This document shows positions 49,891-61,956 of a stretch of 64,000 nucleotides of DNA, one piece after another (the stretch's first letter is position 1; each line of letters opens with the position of its first letter). The translations under genes were made by a program, and so were the position numbers. The notes under the pieces were generated by a model that was not told where the DNA came from, ran no database searches, and saw only the letters and a list, made by a program, of their open reading frames with translations. This DNA is from Perna viridis. Its lineage: Eukaryota. The stretch covers positions 24,056,001 through 24,120,000 of the forward strand of contig CM074515.1 in NCBI GenBank assembly GCA_037379345.1, written 5' to 3'.

Positions 49891-50838
49891 TCAGAACATT
49901 CTATAAAATCCATTCTTAATAATTTGTCATGCAAATGGCATTCACAGCGCGTTGTTAGAGATGCTTTGTTATACAACTCTGAAAAACAAATCGAATTGAT
50001 CAATTTGTTTAAAGCTTTAATTTGTCTTTACACAATTCGCCAAAAGTTGTTTAATAGTATACTTTAAAAGACAAATTTCAAATAGTTCTAGACAAATATA
50101 TTAAACGGTTAGTCCTGTATTACATTTTGTAATTAAATAACACTATAACAATAAAGTTGAAAAAGATAGCACTTTCCGTATATCCGTTACATCCTTCACC
50201 TCGTGCATTATAAAGCTAGAATATCGTTGGTTTTAGGAGATAATTCGACTGTCTTTTTGGATATAAACCACTATTATTCCCAAAAAATCTTTCGTAACAC
50301 AGTTTTAACCAATCATTTGCACGATATGAGTGACGCTGACAATCATGCAGCTGACTGTTCCTATACTTGGTTTAATTCATTTTCGTTTTCATGCTAACAT
50401 GTATACTAAGTACTGTTAGACTCGGTTTGCACTCATATGTGTAATACATAACGGACTAAGGGGTTTCTTAATGTCCTTGGCTATCGTTTGGGGTCTTTCA
50501 GGCACAGTGTAAATCATCAGTGTTTACCCAGTCCCCGGGCATGGTCAAACCCGTAAATGCGGGTCATTGTGCATTCGGAGGAAATTCATTGTCATGTGAC
50601 GACGTTAATTCATTGAATTTATTAAAATCAATGCATTATCATGTGATTTAATGTCGATCCGTGACCTAGTTATCCGATTTGTGATATGCACGCTATATAC
50701 AGCATTGTATAGCCTACAGGATTTGCTGAATCTTTGACCCCGCAATTTTTTTTTTTGGGGGAGGGATAAAATCAACACTTTCCAGTTCATGTAAGACAGA
50801 TATTGGTGCATACCAGTCAATGGATGAGCAATTTCCAA

Positions 50839-51265
50839 GGCCGAAAAAAATAATGTTATATTTACGAGCACTATTGTAAAATTTTGTAGGGTCGGTAGGT
50901 AGGGATTTATTTTGACTTGCTTTTTTATAATGAAATAAGTCATAAAGATACAATGAAAACCAAATATGCAAAGACTAAACAAGTAAAAGACTTAGTCCAC
51001 AGCCTAATCCCTTTTGGGATTCGGCTCTTGAGAGATATTTTTTGTTTTGTTTTGACGGAGGTGGTCAAAACAAAAAAACATTTCATGTACGGAATCCCAA
51101 AAAGGTATTATCCGCGACCAGGAGCATGTGTGTTTTCAATTGTCGTCTTTTTTCTGAAGGACGATCGGCAGAATGTTTAGTTATTTACTTTTTCAAGATT
51201 TCAAATAAAACTCTTGAGTAGGGGGAAGGAGTGTCAGTAGGGTGACCGGAAACACCTTTTAGGCC
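50839..51265. mobile_element. Harbinger-type MITE related to 14842-15313
   Basis: ggccgaaaaaaa...gtagggtcggtaggtagg ... gtagggtgaccggaaacaccttttaggcc|taa. Confidence 0.55.
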
Positions 51266-51787
51266 TAAACGGATGGTCTATTTATTACTCCAGCAGTGCT
51301 AGAGATTGTTTGGCAAGTTTTTTCTTACTTGGCTTGGGGTATGAAGGAATGGAATTCCAACCTCTTATATTGTAGGATTAGTCTATATATACAAATAAAG
51401 ATTGTAAATAAAAGTTAATGACAGTGTTGTGAAGTGCAGAATGTACATACACGTTGTGTTGGTTCTGAAACCCAAATGATACTGGCAATGCCTCTTGATA
51501 TAGTTTATACATACAAATCAAGTATACAGTTTTTATGTACAAGGAAACATTTTTCAGACTACAAATGTAAGTGACTTTTTAGAATTAGATAAAATTGTTT
51601 GACACAAGATTTAGTTGAAATATATTGATTTTAAAGTGTTAATTGTGAGTCAGTACCGATTGGTTTAGCATTAAAGTCCTTTAGACACAGGTATTGTAAT
51701 TTTATTTCATACGAATTTCGAATGTTTTTCGTTGAGTACATGACTTTAATGAGAATTTTTTGTGATTAATGTGAAAACAAAGACTGA

Positions 51788-51935
51788 AAGGGTCTGAAAA
51801 ATTTCCAACGATGTTAGAAATGTCAGATTTGCATTGGTCGTTCCCTCCGCGGGACTCGAACTCGTACCGCTGTGACATCTATGGCAACACCGCCTGCACC
51901 AAGTCCAGCGCCATAGACCACTCGACCAGCTAGGC
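51788..51935 (-). mobile_element. tRNA(Leu-like)-derived SINE
   Basis: gcctagctggtcgagtggtctatggcgctggactt...gagttcgagtccc (A and B boxes), same tail as 21781-21938. Confidence 0.8.
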
Positions 51936-52044
51936 TATATAAAATATAGCTTCCGCTGGCGGGTCATTCCTCCTCGTATATTTAGTAACACATGTTAATA
52001 GATATTTATCAACATGTGCCTGATTCAATTATTGATTTCAGTAA

Positions 52045-52271
52045 ATGGAGTTTTCTAGACGATGCAAACACGTTCACCCTACCGGTGCACCTGGTTCATG
52101 CTCCCAGTTTTAAGTGAAGTCCGAGTTCCTCATTTACTTTTGTTACTTTGTATGTATTATTTTAGTTATTTCATGTTCATTGTTGTTTATATGTTTTATA
52201 TGTCTGGTCTTTGTCCCTGGATAACATTCCTTTGATTTCCGCTAGAATCTTGGTTCCATTAGTACTCTTTC
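52045..52271 (+). mobile_element. PLE 3'-tail copy
   Basis: accctaccggtgcacctggttcatgctcccagtttt...gatttccgctagaatcttggttcc. Confidence 0.75.
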
Positions 52272-53193
52272 AAGACAAAACGTATGTATGTTTAAATTTG
52301 CTCACCGGGCAATACCAGTCTGCGTTCATACTTGCCCCTCGGACAATACCAATCTGTGTCTACACTTGTTTTATAATAAAAATTCTTAATCTACCTATTG
52401 AAACAGCACAATTGAGAAATATAGACAGAAATGATCGTTTAGGTAAACTATGTAATATGGAGAACTCGGTGATGAATTTCACTTCTTATTTGATTGCCTT
52501 TTTCAATATGAATAAAAATACACACTTGAAATTTTCGTATGAGTTCAATCAAGTACATGTACTCTCAAGATGAAGAAATTGATGTAAACTCGAAATCGTT
52601 AAGATCTCATTAACATTTGGAAATTTATTTGAAAGTCTCCGGGCTAGCTTTATTTTATAAATATACTACTTACATATGAAAATGATTCAGAATGCAAGAT
52701 ATTATATCATTTATTTATATTTCATGTATAATTCATGTTTTTTCTTAGTCATTATTTATACTCTATACCTCTGTTATAAATATAGTATGTATAGAACCAC
52801 TTATGCCCATTTGATTGACTGATTTTGAATCATTACAGTTAAATTTTAGTTCTTTTTAATGTCAAACGATCAGTTGTGTTTTTTTTTTCTACTTTTCTTA
52901 GATTACTGAATTAGAATGGCTTATAATTTGAATAAGAATATTTCTCTACACAGACTTTGAATGTAAGAAATACCGTTTATCTTAAGGGATTGAAAATCAA
53001 ATAACCTACTATTTAATCGAAACCCTTCCACTGACACCATTTTGTCACTAAAGCCATCAGAAGAGATTTTACTTGAAACACACACAAAGAAATGCATAAT
53101 AAATTGTCATCATTTATAAGATTAAACTATCATATAGTATCTTTAAAAAAATTCATTTTTCATGAAACTATTTTATATAAAAAAATAAACTAG

Positions 53194-53806
53194 TTATTTA
53201 ATACACAATCTAGTGTGCTGTATTTGCTGTGGCTCGTCACATTCTCTAGATAGCATCTACAAAATAAACAGATTATAAAATATATGTTTTTGTCCACAAA
53301 AGACATGCAGGTATCGTTTACTACTGCTGCGTATGTATACAACTGCAGCAAAACATAAATCACGTAATCAAAAGTTCCGCATAATATAAACTTTCATTAA
53401 TTGTGAAATCATAACCTAAGTTTTTTAATGTCAGATATACAATCGAAACACGCATAGCCAGCCAAAATACGGGTACGATTGATGTGCTATCATCATGGTA
53501 ATATTGTTAATACATTAAATGTATTCATATTAGATGCTGCTTACAGAAGATACGAGATAATGTATAAAGAAGTCATTAAATGTGTTGTGCTGGGATGAGT
53601 TATTATTTACTGCTGTATAATAAGAAAAGCATTTATTAATTTTATCGTTGCACCTATTTATAAGTGTTTCACTGCTTACCATTTGCAGTTTTAGGTACAG
53701 GTGATGAACGAACACAACTAAAACTCGTGTCTAAAATGATGTCGTTATTTGCACATTGTGCCTGATCAAAATAACAACTGAAAATGAAAACAAAATTAAT
53801 TAGTAT

Positions 53807-53851
<45 letters not shown>

Positions 53852-54802
53852 ATTTTCAGCTCTTATTACCTTATAACTTTAAATCAACTTTTTGTTATTA
53901 TAATTTTTTTTATCTTAATGTGTAAGAGACATAGAAGTTCAATATCAGACAGTTATAAGCCAATAGATACGTTTAGAGAGGAAGCAACGACAACGGTCAG
54001 AAACCTATACAGCAAAAAACACGTTTTTCTTAACCTATTGAAGAATTTTATTTCAGTTGATTCTAAGATGATTGCACATGTTAAAAGAACTATCTGTCCT
54101 GGAATTTTTTGATTTGTATTGCATTTTTCATTGTAATTGTAAATCGTTTTGACAAAAACAGTCATTATTTGACTTCTAGTGAACATGTTTTGAATTTATT
54201 CCATTAAAATGAAGGCTTTACTCTTACCATGTTGAACAAGGTCAGATGACGCTTACCTTTCTTGAATTAATTTGTCCTCGATATAATTATTTCATGGAAT
54301 ATAGCCACACCTAATCGACAACATCAGGAGAAAATTTTATATTGTGTTTACCTTAAATGAGCAATCGCTTCAACAACTATTATTACCACTACACAGGAAA
54401 AAAATAATTTCCTCTCATCTCTCTAACATTTGAAGGTATAATATATCCTTACGTATTACAAACGTTTACTTTATCTGTTCGTATACCACTGGTGTTTATT
54501 TTTCATTGGCCATTCAAGCCCTGTCGTCTTTGAACATATAAGAAAACGCACACACACACACGCGCGTGCGCGCGCGCGCTCGCTATCTCCTCTCTTTCGC
54601 TCTGTAAATTGCAACTCATTTCTGTTGCCGAGGTGAACAATGAGATATAAAAGGGTGTCTTACAAATTTGAATACACGTTCCCGCTTGTGTCACAAACTC
54701 TTTCATCTATATCAACTGTTAACTGGCTGCAGTCTAGTTTCACAATATCGTGGCAAAGTTCCTCAAAACTGAGCGTTCCCGATACACCACATAGCAATGT
54801 TA
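53194..54802 (-). pseudogene. Kazal-mucin paralog K2, truncated (single Kazal-like domain, mucin lost, frameshifted last exon)
   Basis: Exon 54664-54802 (TLLCGVSGTLSFEELCHDIVKLDC..ERVCDTSGNVYSNF) and exon 53680-53777 (CYFDQAQCANNDIILDTSFSC..., donor gtaagc or stop at 53669) are open and keep their splice sites. 53194-53256 resembles K3's last exon but is frameshifted. No ATG exon was found. It could still encode a short protein. Confidence 0.7.
54546..54579. repeat. Alternating purine-pyrimidine (CA)n(CG)n tract
   Basis: acgcacacacacacacgcgcgtgcgcgcgcgcgc. Confidence 0.9.
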
Positions 54803-54965
54803 CTGAAATAAAGCTCAGTCATGATATTACATGTAGACAGTTGCTCTTTCTTATTTAATTTGGTTAATTGTTGCTTTATTCATCAAGAATACTAATTCCA
54901 AAAATCTAAGAATTGCTGAAAGGGGTGCATTCAAAAAGAAAGGAGAATATTTAGTACTGTTCTAT

Positions 54966-55135
54966 AGTTTAAACTATAGGTCAAGCTTTGTTGAATACCA
55001 ACTTTGAGGAGAGATGATACAAACTACATGAGTTTAAACTATAGGTCAAGCTATTGTTGAATGCCAACTTTGAGGAAAGATGATATAAACTACATGAGTT
55101 TAAATTATAGGTCAAGCTATTGTTAAATGCCAACT
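54966..55135. repeat. ~65-bp tandem repeat, about 2.6 copies
   Basis: agtttaaactataggtcaagct..gttgaat.ccaactttgagga..., starting at 54966, 55031 and 55097. Confidence 0.9.
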
Positions 55136-55549
55136 AGTATTGGCCAAAAAAGTGAACAACTTCCTTTTCTCATTATGATAAGAAATGAGGTACATTGTAT
55201 GCACTTGTCTATAAGTGTGTACCGGTACTCAAAAAATATCTTGTTTAAAATGCAATCAGTTATTTCTTTTTTTATTTAGTGAGTTTTTGTTTTACAAGGC
55301 GTTAAAACTCCTCATCAAATATCATATGAACAAATATTCGTATAATAATTGATGATATCAACGTAAATACAGGTAATCCAAATGGCAAGCCAGGTAAAGG
55401 ATCTTGATGTAAAGCGTTTATATACTGGCCACAAAACATGCAGTAGCTTTAATGTGTTTTTTTTAATACTTTTTTCTTGACTCTTCACATCTATGAATGA
55501 TTTCAACTACTTTTCATGACATTGTTATCTATAAAACTATGAATATCTT

Positions 55550-56429
55550 AACAAACATACCAAACGTAAACACAGTCAATAATTCCATGATCCTTATGTT
55601 TCTTAAAATACAATCACGTGGCAACCTTTCTAATCTGTAACATGCAATGCCCCATCGACTCTCAAAGGTTATCATTGAATCATTTTGAAACAAAGAGGAT
55701 ATTCCATTTTACCAAGGAAAGCTACAATTAAGGTATGTCTATGCTTCAAGAATTCAAGTGTTTCAAGAACGCAGCAACTCGAATTGGCCATTTAAATCTA
55801 CACAAATGTAAGTGATTGTTAATACAGATATTTGCGCTAATAGATTTCCAAACTTAAAAATAAATTAGAGACCTTAACCCGCTACTGAAAATATGTTTAC
55901 AATATTGTCAAATTTTTCTTGTTCAAACCGCGGCATTTACACGATGAAATACGGAAGTCGTGGTTAACATTAAGATGTTAAATTGCTCCGTTGGAAAATC
56001 ACATTTTTGTTTAAGATTTAGAATTGTTTCAATTCCGTCGCTATTCGTTAGTCTTACAATATGATTTAAACATTTATTACACGGTAACAATGGATCTGAT
56101 TAGGTTATTCATGTTAAAGTGTAAATCATTTGTATTATTTTGCTTGTTTAGGGCACAAAAATATTGCTTAACTTGGTATTAATGTTTTTTTGTTCATTAT
56201 GCAAACGCCACACACTTTTCGGGGTACGCACGTCTTGTTGTTCAACATGCAAATATCATAAACCTTTGAATAATATAAACGTAATTTTAGCTGGGGCCAT
56301 TGAGAAAACAGATATTGCGGCAATTTCCATGTAAGTTCAGTAAAATTTGTACTTCTGTGTGCACATGCTTTTCAAAATTACACTGCTTGAAAGCCTGGCG
56401 TAAACATATATTGATTCTTAGTTGTAGAA
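55550..56429 (+). repeat. 880-bp direct duplication, copy 1
   Basis: Near-identical to 57465-58345 from aacaaacatacc to gttgtagaa. Confidence 0.95.
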
Positions 56430-57305
56430 AAAAAGTGCCTCGACTGTCCGGTATATAATATCCGTTAAAAATATAATTTGCAATCTCTAACTTTCGTAGA
56501 TGTCTTTCACCTCACACCGGACCAAATTCTGAACCCTCTCCTTCAAGGAGAAGCATTCTGGATGCCTTGCAAGAAGTAGAGGCTGTAAACCATGTGGAAC
56601 ACCCATAGTTATAAGTTGATAATCTTTTGTACTTTGTGTTCATTTTAGTTTTTTTTTGTGTCGTGCGGTTTGTTTTTCTTATGCTGTTTTTTTTGTGGTG
56701 TTGTCTTGTGGAAGGATTCCCCCTTGTCTTCGCTCTCTGCATTGATACTTCTTCGCACACTTTATCTTTGGTATGAATGAACAACAACAGTTTCTTAAAA
56801 TATAATTTTACTATCCCAGTATTGATAATAATCGTTGACTGTTTAGCATGACCCGCTGTGAGCAATCTTGATGTATATGTTGTCACATTGGGCTTTGGCA
56901 AGCATACAACTAAGGAATGAAAAGAATGAATATTATTAAAAAAATAGCAAAGTAAGCGAAGTGTTAGCTAAGCATACTATTTGACCGAACTTTTGATATC
57001 AGAAATGCATTCAAATGCATTAAAACATGGAAAAAACTCTTTAAACAGATAATTGTTCTCAATCATCTTTGTAATCTTCGGGTGTGTATCAATTACATTA
57101 AAGTATCAAAAATTCCCCAAAAAGCTTTTTTTACCAAAGAGCTTCCCCTTTCACAATACGAATATTTAATTATGCTTTTATTATCATTTGACCTTTTTTA
57201 AAACCATTTCTAGCTTAATTCAGCATGTTTTAATAATTTTATATATTAAAATATAAAAAAACTCTTGAAACAGATAATTGTTCTCAATGACATTTGTCAT
57301 CTTCT

Positions 57306-57463
57306 GGGAGTCAAGTTACTCATTTATTTTTGTTACTTTGTATGTATTATTTTAGTTACTATATGTTGTTTTGTTGTGTATGTCTGTTTTTCATGTTTGG
57401 TCTTTGTCCTTGGATTACATTCGTTTGATTACCGCTATAACTTTGGTTCCCTTGATTACTCTT
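57306..57463 (+). mobile_element. PLE 3'-tail copy abutting the duplication
   Basis: ggagtcaagttactcatttatttttgttactttg...ttggttcccttgattactctt. Confidence 0.75.
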
Positions 57464-57464
57464 C

Positions 57465-58345
57465 AACAAACATACCAAAAGTAAACACAGTCAATAATTC
57501 CATGATCCTTATGTTTCTTAAATACAATCACGTGGCAACCTTTCTAATCTGTAACATGCAATGCCCCATCGACTCTCAAAGGTTATCATTGAATCATTTT
57601 GAAACAAAGAGGATATTCCATTTCAACAAGGAAGACTACAATTAAGGTATGTCTATGTTTCAAGAATTCAAGTGTTTCAAGAACGCAGCAACTCGAATTG
57701 GCCATTTAAATCTACACAAATGTAAGTGATTGTTAATACAGATATTTGCGCTAATAGATTTCCAAACTTAAAAATAAATTAGAGAACTTAACCCGCTACC
57801 GAAAATATGTTTACAATATTGTCAAAGTTTTCTTGTTCAAACCGCGGCATTTACACGATGAAATACGGAAGTCGTGGTTAACATTAATATGTTAAATTGC
57901 TCCGTTGGAAAATCACATTTTTGTTTAAGATTTAGAATTGTTTCAATTCCGTCGCTATTCGTTTGTCTTACAATATGATTTAAACATTTATTACACTGTA
58001 ACAATGGATCAGATTAGGTTATTCATGTTAAAGTGTAAATCATTTGTATTATTTTGCTTGTTTAGGGCACAAAAATATTGCTTAGCTTGGTATTAATGTT
58101 TTTTTTTGTTCATTATGCAAACGCCACACACTTTTCGGGGTACGCACGTCTTGTTGTTCAACATGCAAATATCATAAACCTTTGAATAATATAAACGTAA
58201 TTTTAGCTGGGGGCATTGAGAAAACAGATATTGCGGCAATTTCCATGTAAGTTCAGTAAAATTTGTACTTCTGTGTGCACATGCTTTTCAAAATTACACT
58301 GCTTGAAAGCCTGGCGTAAACATATATTGATTCTTAGTTGTAGAA
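57465..58345 (+). repeat. 880-bp direct duplication, copy 2
   Basis: Near-identical to 55550-56429. Confidence 0.95.
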
Positions 58346-58554
58346 TATCAAATATTATCTACCCTTTTTATGAAATTGTGCAGTATTCCAAATTTAAAAA
58401 TACGTAAAACACCGAAGCTTCATTCCTTGCATTGCATATGGTAGAACCTCTCGGTGATGGATTTGTTTTCCTCTTTCGATAGATTTGGTTACGAGTACTT
58501 CTTGTATACAAGTAATATTTTGATTATGATCTTCCTACATATTTGATTTTAATA

Positions 58555-58592
58555 CTGCTGATGAGAGGTTACTCCTTGAAACACGTGTACAG
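58555..58592 (+). ncRNA. Minimal type I hammerhead-ribozyme-like motif
   Basis: ctg-CTGATGA-gagg(ttact)cctt-GAAA-c(acgt)g-TA-cag: stem I ctg/cag, conserved core boxes, palindromic mini stem III, GUA cleavage triplet. A PLE tail end follows at 58636-58675. Confidence 0.6.
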
Positions 58593-59627
58593 CATATCGA
58601 AATTTACAATGCATAAAACTGGTATTGTTTTTGCATTTGATTTCTGCTAGAATCTTGGTTCCTTTGGTTATTCTTTATTACCTATGATCAACTTATTCAT
58701 TTGAGTAGCAGTCTTTTAAAAATCAGAAAGTGATTAATACATGTCAAAAACCTACCAAATTTGCCTTTATTTATAATTCAGAAACAGTAACAAACCACAT
58801 ATCAGTCTTGTCACTCGGTTATTGCACTTTGAGGTAAGATTCATACAGTTTGTGTATGAAATTTGATCTTTGCACGAGTTAAAGTTCTTGATTTTGTTTT
58901 ATGTTAGGGTGGGTGTGTGGTTTTTCCAAAAGAGATCTGAATATAGAAAGGACCATCGTCACGTAAGAAAAATGTGAGATGACCGAAAAAAATACCGTTT
59001 GTTTGGCGGATTTTCTACACTATTAATCATCTCTACTAAAAGCAGTGGTGTCTGTATGTTAAACTGATTGCTACTTAATAGAAATGATATAGAATGTATT
59101 TGTTTACTCTAGATATATATGCGATACATTTCTTCATCATTTTGAACCACTAAAAATTAATAAATAGAATGTAGACTTTTTAGCAACTGTTTTTTATTTA
59201 AATTAGGAAGAAAGGATGGATTCTTTTATAATTTTTTTTTATTTTCAATTTCTATTTAAATGTATCTGTGTATACGTTTGTTGAATGGAATGATTTACAG
59301 AATTGAAATTAATTACTCCTGATTTGATCTACCTGATAGAAAAGCTACAAAGAAACACTTTTGTTGTGATTAGTTTTTGACACAATGGTTCAAAAGCAAG
59401 GTTTTAATTGACAACCAAAATAATTAAGTCGAGAAACAAATTCTAACCTTTACAATCCTAAACCACCAAAAACTAAGATAAACAAAAATAGTAGCCCCAT
59501 TGAAAAGAATATATACAAAATATGTTAAATAAACAACCTTTCCTTAACCACAATTAAGAAACATGAAATTGTTGTTAGGTAGGTAAGGTAGGCAAAGCAA
59601 AATCCAAAATTCAGTTCCCATACTTAC

Positions 59628-61956
59628 TTGTTGGCGTAAGTTATTCCATCCGAACCACACACTTTTTGAGTATCTCCAGTACAGATAACAATATCCTTGT
59701 TTTCACAGAATATTTTTTGTATTTCATCTTGAGTTGGCACAGGTGTAGTAGGTTTTCTTGTTGTCGCTGGTTGAGTCAGTTTCATAGTTGTTATTTTGGT
59801 TGTCGGTGTTGTTGTTGGTTGTAGGGTTGTTGTTGGTTGTCGGGTTGTTGGCGTTGTTGTTGGTTGTTGGGTAGTTGACATTACCGTTTTTGATGTAACG
59901 ATAGGTTTGATCGATGATGGACCCTGCGTTGTGGCAACAACTGTGTTTGACATCGACGATTGTTTAGATGTACTCGTTAATGGAGGTATTGTTGTACTTA
60001 GTAAACACATGTAAGCTGTATCTAATTGTATACTGTTATCTGCACACTGGGCTTGATCGAAAAAACAGCTGAGAGAAGTAAAAATTTAAACAAGATTCAT
60101 TTCAATATAGGCAGATCTTTTAAGTTTTCCTAGAATTATATAAGTCCTATGAATGTAAAACTCAGAATAACCCCAGGGGATTGACAGAATCTCTTCATCT
60201 TCTAACATTTACTTTATCCGTTTTAGAGTACAAACAATTGAATTTGGCAAAATGGTCATATCCAGCACTAGAACGACACAATAAACCACATTGTCAGCCA
60301 ACAAAAATGAGTGTTGCTAATGCTTAAGTCAATGACATGAATGGTTCATTATAGGATGTAATCTCTTCATCGCCCATCCTAAAGCAAGTGTGTACCCACT
60401 GGTAAGATTAGAATAAAACCATCGTTAATGTTGAAATGATGTCTTCCTGTTTTACCCAAGGCAATGTATAAATATGCGCTCCCTTTGAAATTAACAAAAT
60501 AGACAAAAAAATTATAGTCAGTTAGATTTATTTATCAAACGAATGGTTCAATAGAGCCTGTTCGCTTTAGACTGAGATCCATGTAATGGAAATTTATAGG
60601 CTTTAAGAAAAATGTCACCTCAAGGCCATCCATGGGTTTTTAATGAACACTCCACAGGGCAGGTTGCATCTGATCCCAAAATAACATTATACACCGAAAT
60701 ATTTCCCCTGTATATTCCAGCAACATAAAAGTAAACTGAAAGTGTTAACGAAACAATACAAACATAGGCCAGAATTTCCTGACTTGGGACAGGCCCCTTA
60801 AAAAAATTGCTGCGGGGTTTGAGTACTTTGGTATGATCACTACCCTCCCCGTTTTTAAAATATATTTGTTTGTTTGTTTGTTGGGGTTTAACGTCCGAGC
60901 AGCAATATTTCAGCTATATTTAGACGATGAACATGAAATTGATGATAAAATGAACATGAAATGATGATGAAATGAAAAAGGGATGGGACACAAGGACAAT
61001 GGGGTCGACAAATTTTGATTGCCACTGGAAATAGGGAGAGGTGGGTAGGGTCAGGCAATTTAGCCTCCTGTGGCGGAGCCCTATGGTTCCTACTCCGGGA
61101 GAATACCACAGTAGGGTTCCTTAACGTGCGAGGAACGTGGCATCTTTCCCAACACGGTGCACCACTATGGTTTGCGGTCAGGTTTTCCGTATTATAGCCT
61201 GACAACCCCAGCATGTAACACGCCAGGGGTACCCCATTCCACCACCTGGGGCACACATTCTAGTTGCTCTGTGGGCAGAGCGCCCTAGCCCCCGGCTTAG
61301 CACTATTTAGTCGCCTTTTACGACAAGCCGGTTTTAAAATATGGCCACTGTGGAGAACATATTCAGTAACTACATACAGTGACTGAATGGAATCATTGAT
61401 AGGTCTAATTTTGATGAGACTGACAATTAAACACACCTAAAAATCAGTTAAAAGATATCCGAAACCCTTGATAAACATATATAAAGGAACAGATTATATA
61501 GGTTACACGAAGGAACGTTAACTGTAATGCCAGCTCCAGACCATTTTAAACCTACAAGAACTTATGCCCTCACGTATATCTTTCCAAATTCTTCCATTGA
61601 GGATTTGAGAACCACTGTACATCATAAGTCATACAATGGGGATACAAATAATGTCATGCCGAAAACTCATTTTAAACGTAGTATTTTATTTCTGTGTAAA
61701 GACCCTGTAAGTGAATCAATTTTGATACTAAAAAATTACATCTTTAACGATTTGACAACAATATCATAACAATAACTCTTACGAATAAAATATGGTTACA
61801 TTTATACATCTTACAAATTTTTGTAAACGTTTCCCTTTGTATCACAGACTCGCTCATCCGAATCCACAGTCATAGTACTACAGTCCAGGTTCACGATTTC
61901 TCTACATAAATCTTGATGACTAACGGTAGCGTATACCCCATATAGTATTGTCACAC
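59628..61956 (-). CDS. Kazal-mucin paralog K1, two open exons (61815-61956, 59628-60068); first and last coding exons not located
   Basis: VTILYGVYATVSHQDLCREIVNLDC..DERVCDTKGNVYKNF|CFFDQAQCADNSIQLDTAYMC, T/P-rich stalk, then IFCENKDIVICTGDTQKVCGSDGITYAN|gtaagt. Same exon phases as K3. Confidence 0.78.
60767..60863 (-). mobile_element. Second-family repeat with twister-like motif, interrupted by the 60864-61331 insertion
   Basis: Minus strand: (ggccata)ttttaaaaacggggaggg...aaaccccgc...cctgtcccaagtcaggaaattctggcc. The host sequence resumes at 61343. Confidence 0.6.
60864..61331 (-). mobile_element. Young ~470-bp SINE-like retroposon with 11-bp TSD, Nin/Deu-like central motif, (CAAA)n tail and no tRNA head
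   Basis: TSD ttttaaaatat at 60853-60863 and 61332-61342; GC-rich body; gcacgttaaggaaccc...gagtagg; tail atatagctgaaatattgct...gacgttaaaccccaa(caaa)n. Confidence 0.85.

Noticed and set aside
50490-50525. Minus-strand ctgatga...gaaa as a hammerhead
   Set aside because: The intervening 14 nt do not form stem II.
56512-56901. 129-aa ORF between the duplicated segments
   Set aside because: No recognisable domain; Lys/Thr bias comes from a T-rich tract; it is not the missing Kazal exon.
61125-61137. cgt-TCCTCGC-acg (minus) as HDV-like ribozyme P3/L3
   Set aside because: No 7-bp P1 followed by GG and no J4/2 could be assigned; the alternative hairpin gttcct/aggaac explains the sequence.
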